DNA of 63,724 nt, filler included, from Jimgerdemannia flammicorona (Eukaryota): the NCBI GenBank assembly GCA_003990765.1. It is 3 parts of 3 records of this genome, joined end to end, with 100 filler letters (N's around TTAATTAATTAA, not from the genome) between each part and the next. Parts side by side here need not be neighbours in the genome. Positions count along the whole stretch, not along the records: positions 42,559 to 63,724 come from RBNJ01001511.1; 2 more parts are not named here. One strand, given 5' to 3'. The notes below the pieces were generated by a model, which did no database searches, was not told where the DNA came from, and was given only the letters and a program-made list of their open reading frames with translations. The translations under genes were made by a program, and so were the position numbers. How positions within the stretch are numbered: position 1 is the stretch's first letter; each line of letters begins with the position of its first letter. This document shows, piece after piece, positions 53,755-63,724 of the stretch.

Positions 53755-54378
53755 TGTAAGAGGGTTGATCTTTAGGGCAACCGTTACATAGTTCTGGAAG
53801 GGTTTTCTGGAAGTTCTGGATATTCTGGAAGACCGTTTTCTTATGGTCAAGATCAATTTCGTATAGAGTACGTCCTCTACACTTATTGATTTCAAGATTG
53901 GGTTGATGTCTCAACCAAAGTCCTTTTTCGGACTAGTTCTGGATGTTCAGGATTTTCCGTATTTCAGGAAGTTCAAGAAACTAAGACCAGCTTAGTTGAA
54001 TTGGCATATTGCTGCAGACAATACCCAATTAGGAAATTTCGTAATGGGGTTTAGGAGTGGGACCTAACGGAGAGCGGATTTACTTAAGAGTGGTTTGTGG
54101 GTTATTAAATAGGTTTATTTGCTATTCATGATATTGCTATACTAGGAGTAGTTGTGTAAAGGGATATTGTGGGGAAGTATTCAGGAATGTTCTTGTGTGT
54201 TCGAGTCTGAGATTCTGTGGTCTGGGGGAGGGGGTATTTATACTAGTGAGGGGCTATCTGGACTATGCTAGATATGGATGTAGCACTAAGTGCCTTTGCT
54301 GAGTCGGAATACAGTCATGTAGTACAAGTGTGATCTGACATGTCAAGAGGTCATCTGACTGCTAGGCTATTTATAGAT

Positions 54379-55476
54379 TTAGGTGCTGTCTGGGTAGTCT
54401 TTGATGACATCACCATCGATTGCATCATCTCTGATGAAGTAGTCATCTAGGAATAATGGTTCGCAGATTACTTCTCCTTGATCGCTGAGGTAAAAATACA
54501 TTGGAACTTCATCTCCGTCCCACAAGATGGCATCATCAGTCTCATATGCTGGATGAGGTGTTGGTGGGTGAAGGAGGGGTGCATCATTTTCACTTTCATC
54601 AGATTCACTGTCTGCATACCTTCTGTAGGTTACAGCACTATGAGTCGCAGGGTTATAGTAAGCTGGTGGCTGTGGTTCATGTCGCTCATACTCAGGTGGT
54701 GGAGTGGTTGGTTCAATCTCGAGGGTTGTCTGGAGATACAGGTTGTGTTCTCCAGTCTCTTCATTGTAGTTGAAGTAATCGGGGGTGAATGCAGGTTAGT
54801 ATTCATGCCAGTGGTCATTATCCCAATAGGTCTCGTAGGTAGTTATGAACTGTTGTAAGTTCATCAGCAAGGTTGGCGGTGTGATCAGGGTTGGCAGGGA
54901 TCCTTGGCTGGAGGTCATGTTGGCATCGGAGGGATCGTTGTCTTCTGCTTCATCTTCATCGAAGTGGATTATATCGTAGACATCCTTCATGGCATATCCA
55001 ACTTGGGGCATTTGCAGGATGTGATCGTCAAGGTGCAGAAAGGTTCTGTCTGTGGTTTCAACGTACACAAGGTACTTGTGGTTGAGTTCTTGTATCATGT
55101 CGTTGATTTGGCCATAGGACAGGATAGCAACCATTTCACTGGTAGTAACTCGGAGGCGGGAAATAATGGTACTGTACTCGTAGAAGAGTTCTCGATGTTT
55201 GCAAGCGATGAGCTTCTGATGTTGAGACATCTGGGTAATGTCTGAGTCATGGTGGTGTTCAACCATGTCTTCCAAGAGGCGGCCGATCTGGTAGTAGCTT
55301 GAGATTTGGCCAATTCGGTGGGCCTTATTAAGCATGTTCAGGGCATTCCATCGGGCTTCCATGAAGTAGAGGGGTGCTAGGCTATGGATATTCATAAGAG
55401 GCAGAGGGGGTGTGGCTCGGTTGACAATGGCATTCCAAATGTCAGCACGGATGCAGTTGTAGATCTCGGTGGTCAT
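54379..55476 (-). CDS. LTR(U3)-encoded 365-aa ORF, best copy (single in-frame TAA at 54796-54798)
   Basis: MTTEIYNCIRADIWNAIVNRATPP...DDYFIRDDAIDGDVIKDYPDST*, translated by hand through the stop. The copy at 13081-14178 has CAA at this codon. Confidence 0.85.
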
Positions 55477-56161
55477 GTTTGTGTGTTTGGAAGTTTGTAG
55501 TTGTTGTTTGTTTTGGTTCTCTGTTTCGACGTGTCTCGGTGCTCGGTATATATACATTTGATCCTGATTGGTAAGATTCTGTTTGTATAAATCTTATGTT
55601 CCGTGACTTCGTATTGACTCAGCTTTGTGCACTGTGACTTCAGTTTGACTCAGCTTCGTGATCAGGCAGGTAATTTCCAGATTTGTTCAGAAGGTGACAT
55701 GTGATTTCAGTGGCTTGGAGGTTGTGCGCTTACAACTCTCCCCTTCTTAGCTTTTGACGTCCTCATCAGGCCTTCTAATTTTGTTCTAGTGTTGTTACAC
55801 CATTTGAGAGGTCAAAAGTCCAGTGAAGTCCATATTTCTCAGAAAGTGGCATGCTTGTAGAACAGTTGCCTAATGCATTGGATTCACATGTTAAAGGGTC
55901 ATGTATTCAATGCCGTGCGCCAGAAGTGATTCTGATGTCATTCACTGCTGGAGAATTTCCTCTGAGGAATCTTCTTAAATGTCTATGCCTCGTTTCCCAC
56001 CAGTGGTATGGGGAGAATAGGCTTGCTTTCAGTTTTGCTATTTTTTGCAGAGGGTCGGTATTCTTGTCTTGTTTTGCTGAGTTCTTGATTTGGTTCGTGA
56101 TAATTATAATGTTCAGGAGGTAATATATAGTGTGTACTGATAGGTATCAGAGTATTCGGTT

Positions 56162-59100
56162 CTAGTTGTTCAAGGAATCATATTCCTGAACTAGGTCAGT
56201 AGCATTCTGGAGATTGATCTTGGGTTCCCATGTTGCATCATGGATCGGATATCCTTTCCATTTGACAAGGTACTCGGGGTGGTTCTTGTTGCCACGTTTG
56301 TTGAGGATCTGTTCAACTTCGTACTCTTCTTGATCATTAATGATGACAGGTGCAGGTGGTTTGGTAGTTCGGTTTGGAAATAGTTCATCATCAGTGTCAT
56401 TGTATCGCTTGAGACATTGAACACTAAAGACTGGGTGAATCTTAATGGTGTCCAGTAGCGCCAGTTTGTAGGAGGTTGGAGAGATTTGTGCAATGACTTC
56501 AAATGGTCTGATGAACTTGCTGTTCAGCTTTGTAGATGGTCTGTATTTGAGGTTGTCAACTCAGTATCCTTGGATGTCTAGTAGAAATTTTTCTCCAATA
56601 TCAAAGGTTTCCTCTCGGCGGTATTGGTTAACATACTGTGACTGTTGTTCTTAAGCTCGCAATAAATTCTCAATTGCGATCTGGCTCAGGTTATGCATTC
56701 GGAGCAGGAATTCTTCAACAGCTTTGACTGTGGAGGGTTCTTCGGTAGTTCAGATGAGTGTCAAAGGGGTGTTTGGATTTTGTCCAGTGTTGGCAAAGAA
56801 TGGAGTCATTCCAAGAGAGGCTTGCTTGCTGTTGTTGTAGGCAAACTTGACTGCAGTGAGGTGTTCATGCCAATCATCTTGTTTATAGGAAACTTAGTTC
56901 CTTAGCATTTGTTCCAGAGTTCGGTTCATTCTTTCGGTTTGGCCGTCAGTTTCAGGGTGAAAGGCTATAGATAGTGCAAGTTTCATTCTAAGGTGTACAT
57001 GGAGGGCTTTCCAAAAATGGCTGGTAAATTTTGGGTCTTGGTCACTAACAATGATTTTAGGAAGGCCATGATAGCGGAAGATGTTGTCAAACAAGAGTGT
57101 GGCTATGTCTGGTACTGCTGCAGTAGTGGTAGTAGGCACAAAGTGGGCTTGTTTGCTGAGATAGTCCACAAAGACAACAATTGCATCTTTCCCATTCTTG
57201 GTTTGGGGTAGTTGTACAATGAAGTCCATAGAAATTTGTTCCCAATTTGCAGATGGTACTGGGATAGGGTGGAGTAGGCCAGGTTTTGCTAGTGTTGAGG
57301 ACTTGTTTCATTGGCAGGCATCACAGGAAGTGATGTAGGTCTTGAGCTGATCTGCCATGTGGGGCCAATAGAAGTTTTGGGAAATAACTTCATAGCATTT
57401 GTCAAATCCTAAATGTCCAGCTATAGGGGCATTATGACATTCGAATAATATAGTCCTTCGGAGGTCTCGGTTGTTTAGAACATACAGTCTGTCCTTGTAG
57501 TAGATAGCATTGTCCTTGAGCTGGTATTGATTGCACCGGGTATGCTTGTCAGCATCATCATTGTTCAGGATTTCTTGGAGTGCTTGAGCTTCTTTATCAT
57601 CAGTGCATGCTGCGATGATTTGTTCCATGATAGAGTTTGTGACCAAGGTGAGAGTTTGGATGACTTCTTCAATGGGTGGTCTGGAGATTGCATCAGCAAC
57701 AATGTTTTCCTTGCCGGGGCGGTACTGGATTTTGTAGTCAAAGTTGATGAGGACTTTCATCCATCTGGCTTGCTTTCGAGAAAGGGTAGCCTGGGTCTTG
57801 TTGTTGACTAATGACTTGTGGTCAGTCAATATGGTGAAGTGTGCTCCTTCTAGGTATAGTCGCCATTTGATCAGAGTGTCTACGATAGCTAGCATTTCCT
57901 TCTCATGAGTTGCGTAGTTGATTTTAGCATTGTTGAACTTGTGGGAGTGATAGGCCACAGGGTGTCCTTCTTGCATGAGCACTGCTCCAAGAGCTAGGTC
58001 AGAGGCATCAGTAGTAACTTCATATGGTAGGGCAGGATTTGCCGCTTGAAGTACTGGGGTAGTTATCAGGGCGTCCTTCAGTGCTTGAAAGGCTGTATCT
58101 TGTTAGGGTCCCCAATTTACAAGATTGTTGAAGTCTTTCTCTTGTTTCATAGTCCAGGGTTGTTCTTGTTTCTTGCTGTGCTTGGTCATTTGGGTGAGGG
58201 CAGTAGCGATTTTAGCAAAGTTGGCAACAAATCGCCTGTAATAGTTTGCTAATCCCAGGAATGACTGGAGGTCTTTCAGCTTCTTGGGTCTGGGCCAGTC
58301 CTTGATTGCAGAGATTTTGCTAGGGTCCACTTTGATTTCATTTGGGGTGACAATGTGTCCAAGGAATTGAATTTCCTTTAGGAGGAATTTACACTTGCTG
58401 AGTTTTGCAAAGAGTCAGTTTTCTCGGAGTTTCAGTAGTACTAGTTCAAGGTGTTCGAGATGTTCCTCTAGGGTTTTGCTGAAGACTAGGATGTCATCAA
58501 TATAGACAACAATGAATTTGTCCAAGTATGGGTGCAAGATAGTATTCATTAGGGTCTGGAAGGTTGCAGGAGCATTAGTTAAGCCAAAGGGCATAACCAG
58601 GAACTCAAAGTGTCCATAGCAGATTCAGAAGGCTGTCTTGTAGATATCTTCTTTCATGGCAATTTGCCAGTAACTGTTTCGCAGGTCAAAAGGCATGAAT
58701 TGTGGGTTGGTGAGCCTATCGAATATTTCATCAATCCTCGGTAGTGGGCAACAGTTCTTGATGGTCTGTTCATTGAGATCACTGTAGTCAATGCACATTC
58801 GCAGGTCTCCTCCTTTTTTGACAACAAAGAGGACTGGTGCACCATAGGGTGATACACTGGGTCTGATGAATCCTTGTTCTGGGAGTTCATCAATTTCTTT
58901 CTTGAGTGCATCAATTTCTCTCGGAGACATGTGGTAGATTGATTTGAAGGCTGGTTTGGCATCTGGGATAGTCTTGATGGAATGGTCTACTGCTCGTTTA
59001 GGAGGTAGGCCTTTTGAGAGCTTCTTTGGGAATATGTCTCGGAATTTCTGGAGTAGTGGTCTGACACAGCTATCAACTTTGGAAAAGTCTTCTTCAGAGT

Positions 59101-61375
59101 TCTTGGGTTCTCCTTTGGATGGACAGATGGAGATAGTAAAGAGAGGGCATTTTTTGGCCAATTTCTTGAGTTGTAGCTTGTTGATATGAGTGATCTTTGG
59201 TCCAGGGTCACTAGAGTTGAGTGAGTCCTTTTCGCCTTGTAGTTTGAAGTTGTGGCGTCCTTTCTTGATGGTCAGAGAATGGTTTACCCAATCAATCATG
59301 GGGTTCTCTTGTTTTAACCATGGAGTCCCAAGGATGATTTCATTGTCAGGAAGTGGTACAATTTGGAGGGTAATATGTACTCGGTAGTTGCCAATTCGGA
59401 AGGGTAGATTGCAGACTTCTTTACTAATAACATGTGAGGTTCCATCAGCTGTAGCAACTGCTTGAGTTTGCTGTACTGGAGAGGTGAAAACCTTGAGTCT
59501 GTTGGCTGTTTCCTCATTGATGAAGTTGCCTGAGGCACTACTGTCTATCATAATCTTGACAGGAGCTCCATTGACAAAAGCCTTAAGGGTAAGCAGTTTG
59601 TCTGATCCAATGGTAGTGATTTCGGTTGTAGGAGCTTTCCTTCTGTTGGTTCTTCTTTGAGCCAGTTTGTTGACACAAGAGAAGCAGTCATCAATCATTC
59701 GGGAAGAGTACACTCCAATGCCATGGAGACATTGGCCACTTGGTATATATCCATCTTCGATTTTCTTATAGAATTGTTCTTCTTTGTTCATGGTAGGTTG
59801 GGCTGGGGCCTTGGTTGATGAGCCAAATCCTTTGGATCCTTGGATGGTGGGCAGTAGTTCAGGGACTTCTTTGACTGTCAGGGTTGACTCGATTTTTTCG
59901 AATAGGATCTGGGCAATGCAGAAACCGATAGAGATCTTGAAGAGTGTCCAACTGTGGTTTCGGATGAGAACAATAATTTCACCTGTGTAATCCTCATCAA
60001 TGACTCCTCCTTCTACTGAGAGTCCTTTCAATGCTAAGCTACTGCAATAGCATATTCTTCCAACATATCCTTCAGAAATTTGGATACTGATTCCTGTATA
60101 GACTTGCTTGACTTCTTGGTTTGAAACTGTAGCTTCTTCGGCTGCATACAGGTCATATCCAGCTGCTTTTTGACTTCCTTTGGTTGGAGCCTTGGCAGTT
60201 TGCCTTAACTTGACAAAGTCTAGTGTTCTGGTGGTCAGGTTATTGAGGTGGTGCAGGGTGGTAACAGTTGCTCATGTTGCTGTTCTGGGTTTTTGGTTGG
60301 GGCAGGCACTGGCCATGTGTCCTGTCTTTCGACAATAGAAGCATGCTCCACTTCTTCAAAGTTCGTTCCTTTCTCCTTCAGTTAGTTTCTTGAAGATACT
60401 CGGCTGGGTGGGTTTGTGATTTCTGGGTGTCCAAGATGTGGATGTGGAGGGAGCTCGGGATGCTTCGTGCTTGGGTTCTTCTTTCTTGGTCCAAGTCTTT
60501 TCCTTGTTGTTAAATTGTCTTCAGGGCAGAATTGGTCCAGCTGTTAGGATTCACTTGACTATGATCTTGATTCTTGTCAGGCACCATTGTTGGTGATCGC
60601 AACCAACTGGGCGGCCTTGTTCTCGGATTTTTCTAGTAAGCCATTCAGGCAGTGCATCGAATAAATGGTCTGCTCTTGTACCATTTCATGCTTCATCATT
60701 GGCAATATATCCTAGGCCAACAGTGTTCAGGAGTGACTCGAGTTTTGTACAGAAGGTTTTGAATTCTTCTTTGCCATGTATATCAAATTTGAGGTTGCAT
60801 AGTTTTACTCAAGATTCAGCAATCATGGTTTCGCTGCAGTATTGAGCAATCATAAGTTGTTTGAGTCCAGGGGCTGCAGGATGGGTTCCATATCCTGGGG
60901 CATTGTTTGCTGCATTCTGAGCAACTACTGCAGGTCGGGTGTCCCATGTGAGGGGTTTTTCAGGAAGAGTTCGCCACCATTCTTCCGCAGGTCCTCAGAA
61001 GAATGTAACAACTCAGCGGACATAGGCTGTAGTGGTAGCAAAGAGTTGTTCCAGAGTGTGGTCTTGATTGTTTGTCAGAACGCGGTCAGCAACTCGCTCA
61101 TTGGTCCATTGATTGGCTTCGAAGTTGGTGTCAACTACACTAATGAAGCTTTGGACTTCTTGTGCAGTGCCATTGAAGGTAGGTAGGCTCAGATTTTTGG
61201 TAGGTCTGGTCTGCTCGGCTAAGGCAGTAATGGTTGCTGCCATTATAGCTATCTGGGCTGTGAGGTCTAGAATCTGTTGGTTTGTCATATTGTTTACTAG
61301 AGGCGGTTGGACTACTGGTAGTGGTGTTACTGGTACTACTTGAGGTACTGGTGCAGAGTGTGAGGGTGTTCTTTG
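56162..61375 (-). pseudogene. gag-pol: gag-dUTPase-PR-RT-RH-IN-chromodomain polyprotein
   Basis: Zinc knuckle CFYCRKTGHMASAC (~60302-60343) in frame with dUTPase, protease (IDS[G]ASG), RT (YIDD at ~58493), RNase H, integrase (HHCC, MDF...ETDGQTER) and chromodomain. Confidence 0.93.
59813..60225 (-). CDS. dut: dUTPase domain within the retrotransposon polyprotein
   Basis: Trimeric dUTPase motifs I AGYDL, II GRI..(R)SSLA (decayed), III GVIDEDYTGEI, IV (R)IAQ and V (R)GSKGFGSS. Confidence 0.92.
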
Positions 61376-61548
61376 GTGGACTCCTTTTGCTCGAACCATT
61401 CAGAGCAAGCTAAGCCACACGGACATCTTTTCGCGACAAGCAACACGTTTTCAAGTATTCCCGTCGTCTATTCTGGTGTACAAGGTGCGGCAGGAGTCTA
61501 GCTACTACATTCAACAAGTCTCATCTATTTTGGTGGAGTTTTCGTTGG

Positions 61549-63393
61549 ATGGCGACCCAGGGTTTATCAAGCTCTGAGCGTTTGGAGAGGAGGAGGCCTG
61601 GTCTGGGTCTCCCCAAGAGTTTCGCAGTGACAGTTAGGGCAGGTGCAGGGGCAGGAGGAGTAGGTGGTCAGGGGAGGCAGGCTGGTGTTGAGAGTTGGCA
61701 CACAGTGATGGGGGGCAGGAGGGTGGCCACTAGGCCCATGGGGGCAGAGCAGGGGGGGCATAGTGTTGACAGGGGTAGGAGTCAGGTGACCGGCCAGGTG
61801 ACGGGTCAGGTGACAGGTCAGGTGCCTGCTCGGGGCCAGGGGTCCGGAAGTGGTGTGGCTGGGACTGGTATTCCTGGGGCTGGGCCAGTGGCTGGGGTGA
61901 CTGCTGGAGTGTCGGAGAACAAGAAGAAGGTGACGATGGCAGCTGGTTCTGGTGAACTGGTGGTGTATCCCTTCTTCCACAAGTCGGTGTCAACGTGGGC
62001 CATATCGGCGAATTTTTTGGGGCTGGGGATGTCTGCTAGGGAGGTGTTGCGGCTAGTGAGAGAGGAGATTGCAGGGGCAGAGTCGCTGAAGTTCATCCCA
62101 TCAGCTGAGGCGGTTGAGATAGGATTCGTCGAGGAGGAGGAGATGGTGAAGGCCTTGGAGAAAGGGCTGGTTGTCAAGAGCATCAAGGTCGGCATGGCGA
62201 GGTGCCTGAGGTGGGACCTGCGGGCGGTGCATCTGGTGATTGAAGGGCTGCCGACATTGGAGAGACAGGAGACCAAAGGAATGGTGGTGGAGGCACTGGG
62301 GGCATTTGGCGAGATGGTCGACTTTGGGTTTATGTTCTGGGAGGGGACCAAGTTGAGGAATGGCAACTGTGAGGTGATGGTGAGGCTGGAAGGCAAGGAG
62401 GCCACGGGGCAAGGGAGGGACTGGCCAGAAGTAGTTCGTATTGGAGGGCAGGAGTGCAAAGTGTGGAGGAGGAAGGGTTCTGAACAAGAGGAGGAGGAAT
62501 TGCTAGTCGCCCTGGAGGAGAGGGAGGCCGCAAAGGAACTGCGGAAGAGGAAATGGGAGGAGTTTGCCAAGGACTGGATCTGGATTCCGACTGATGGGAA
62601 GAGGAAGAGGTGGCGTAGGGCAAACTGGGAGCACCTGCAGACAGTCCTCCAGGGCTCAAGAAAGGAGGAGGAGGAGAAAGCAGAGATGGCCAAAAGTCAG
62701 ATGGAAGAGGTGGAGACGGCTGAGGTGTCCTTTTCGCAACTAGGAGGTGTGGAGAATTCCACTCATGCTCCAGTAACAGGGAAGTGGACTGATAAGGAGG
62801 AGGCGAACACTGGGGGCTTTGAGGAGGTGGTCGAGGTGGTACCGGAGACCCAGTTGGAGGATGTTCGCATGGTGGGAGCGGCAAATGTGCATTGGGAATA
62901 CCCAGAGGCAGGTGAATTGGTTCGGCTGGAGAAGGGCACTGAGGAGGATGATCTGGTAGATGTGGCTTCCAATGTGTCGGCAGATAGAGAGATGCTGCAG
63001 GAGCTGAGTAGGACTCCGAGACCTGCCACCCCTGGGCCCATGGTGATGACAGCAGATGACTGGTATCAGGCAGTGCTTGAGGAACTTGCGGAGGAGGATA
63101 TCAAGGAAGTAGATGTATTTAATGGATCACAGGAGGCCTGGGAAGGGTTTCTCAACGTGGCATTGCAGGGGCCAAAGTTGGTGACAGCGATGGTGGCGGC
63201 ACTTCTGGATGATGAAGGTTATGAGGTTGATGAGGACCATATGGCAGAAATCAGGAAGGTGGCGTCAGAGCGAGTGGCGGTCTTTTGCAGTGGTGTCAAT
63301 GGAGCTCGTATCTGGAGGACTATCTGCGAGGAACGGAAGGCTATTATTTGCAGTAGGGCTGAGAATGTGGCAGCGAATCCAGTAGAAATTTAA
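61549..63393 (+). CDS. LINE ORF1 protein (614 aa, uninterrupted)
   Basis: RRM-like core (HLVIEGLP...FGEMVD...LRNG) homologous to 20052-21185, directly upstream of ORF2. Confidence 0.88.
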   Translation: MATQGLSSSERLERRRPGLGLPKSFAVTVRAGAGAGGVGGQGRQAGVESWHTVMGGRRVATRPMGAEQGGHSVDRGRSQVTGQVTGQVTGQVPARGQGSGSGVAGTGIPGAGPVAGVTAGVSENKKKVTMAAGSGELVVYPFFHKSVSTWAISANFLGLGMSAREVLRLVREEIAGAESLKFIPSAEAVEIGFVEEEEMVKALEKGLVVKSIKVGMARCLRWDLRAVHLVIEGLPTLERQETKGMVVEALGAFGEMVDFGFMFWEGTKLRNGNCEVMVRLEGKEATGQGRDWPEVVRIGGQECKVWRRKGSEQEEEELLVALEEREAAKELRKRKWEEFAKDWIWIPTDGKRKRWRRANWEHLQTVLQGSRKEEEEKAEMAKSQMEEVETAEVSFSQLGGVENSTHAPVTGKWTDKEEANTGGFEEVVEVVPETQLEDVRMVGAANVHWEYPEAGELVRLEKGTEEDDLVDVASNVSADREMLQELSRTPRPATPGPMVMTADDWYQAVLEELAEEDIKEVDVFNGSQEAWEGFLNVALQGPKLVTAMVAALLDDEGYEVDEDHMAEIRKVASERVAVFCSGVNGARIWRTICEERKAIICSRAENVAANPVEI

Positions 63394-63408
63394 ACATTTA
63401 TATTCATA

Positions 63409-63724
63409 ATGATAAACAGTCTACGTATATTATCGCTAAATGTCAATGGTTTGCGTGATGGAGTGAAGTGAAGGCGGTTGTTTTGGTGGCTGAAGAACAG
63501 GAGGTATGACTTGATGTTTTTGCAGGATGTTCGGGCCTATGGGGAGCAAGATTATGAGGAGTGGAGCAAGGAATGGTATGGTAGTACAGGGTGGAACGAG
63601 CAGGTGGGCATCCTGGTTGGCTTGGGGAGAGGAGAGTTGAAGGAGGTCGAGGTGTATGGTGATCGATTGGTCTGGGGGAGACTGAAAGGAGGAGCAGGCG
63701 ATGGGCTTGTAGTTGGCTCGGTGT
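63409..63724 (+). pseudogene. LINE ORF2 N-terminus (APE endonuclease), partial, with TGA at 63458
   Basis: MINSLRILSLNVNGLRDGVK*RRLFWWLKNRRYDLMFLQDVR. Confidence 0.88.

Larger units (their letters stand above)
53755..61375 (-). mobile_element. Chromovirus copy 2, best preserved (3' LTR 53755-55734, PPT, gag-pol interrupted by a LINE at ~61376)
   Basis: TGTAAG...CTTACA LTR inserted into the U5 of the type B LTR; full domain order as in copy 1. Confidence 0.95.
61376..63724 (+). mobile_element. L1/Tx1-like LINE of a divergent subfamily, 5' part
   Basis: Intact ORF1, a 15-nt spacer, then the ORF2 APE start. Runs off the window. The left boundary is approximate. Confidence 0.9.

Noticed and set aside
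55748..55775. Hammerhead-ribozyme-like core (CTGATGA-GGACGTC-GAAA consensus, minus strand) just before the PPT
   Set aside because: No stem I or stem III pairing partners were found, and GAGGAC before the PPT is a common chromovirus motif.
55750..56160. Extra (env-position) ORF between pol and the 3' LTR
   Set aside because: The best sense frame has several stops, at least one shared by three copies, and copy 1 has lost much of the region.
61376..61399. MVRAKG as the gag start (track ORF 61013-61399)
   Set aside because: Homology with the type B gag ends at ~61375 and that copy continues ~870 bp further upstream, so the ATG probably lies in the inserted LINE 5' end.

Overview
Repeat-dense eukaryotic window, most likely fungal: it has spliceosomal introns with CTAAC/CTGAC branch points and a fungal-type TLC gene. 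An early-diverging lineage such as Mucoromycota is my inference, not something the sequence shows. The window is three contigs joined by artificial 100-nt linkers (N44-TTAATTAATTAA-N44 at 21186-21285 and 42459-42558). Most of it is nested, C-to-T-hypermutated transposons: (i) several copies and solo LTRs of a Ty3/gypsy chromovirus with a single gag-dUTPase-PR-RT-RH-IN-chromodomain frame and very long (~2.0 kb) LTRs that carry a conserved 365-codon ORF in U3; (ii) a sibling whose 1.5-kb LTR has different U3 cargo and whose interior has a ~3.4-kb deletion; (iii) a second LTR family; (iv) at least six L1/Tx1-like LINE copies or fragments; (v) two hAT-like termini, one followed by a decayed multi-exon gene ending in a TET/JBP-like 2OG-Fe(II) dioxygenase domain. 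A CpG-rich, largely unmutated island at ~35.1-42.4 kb holds an F-box-like gene and a two-exon TLC-domain membrane protein gene. The best novelty candidates are the LTR-encoded ORF, the betaretrovirus-like dUTPase placement, and the TET/JBP-like cargo inside a hAT-like end. All assignments are by eye; no database searches were run.
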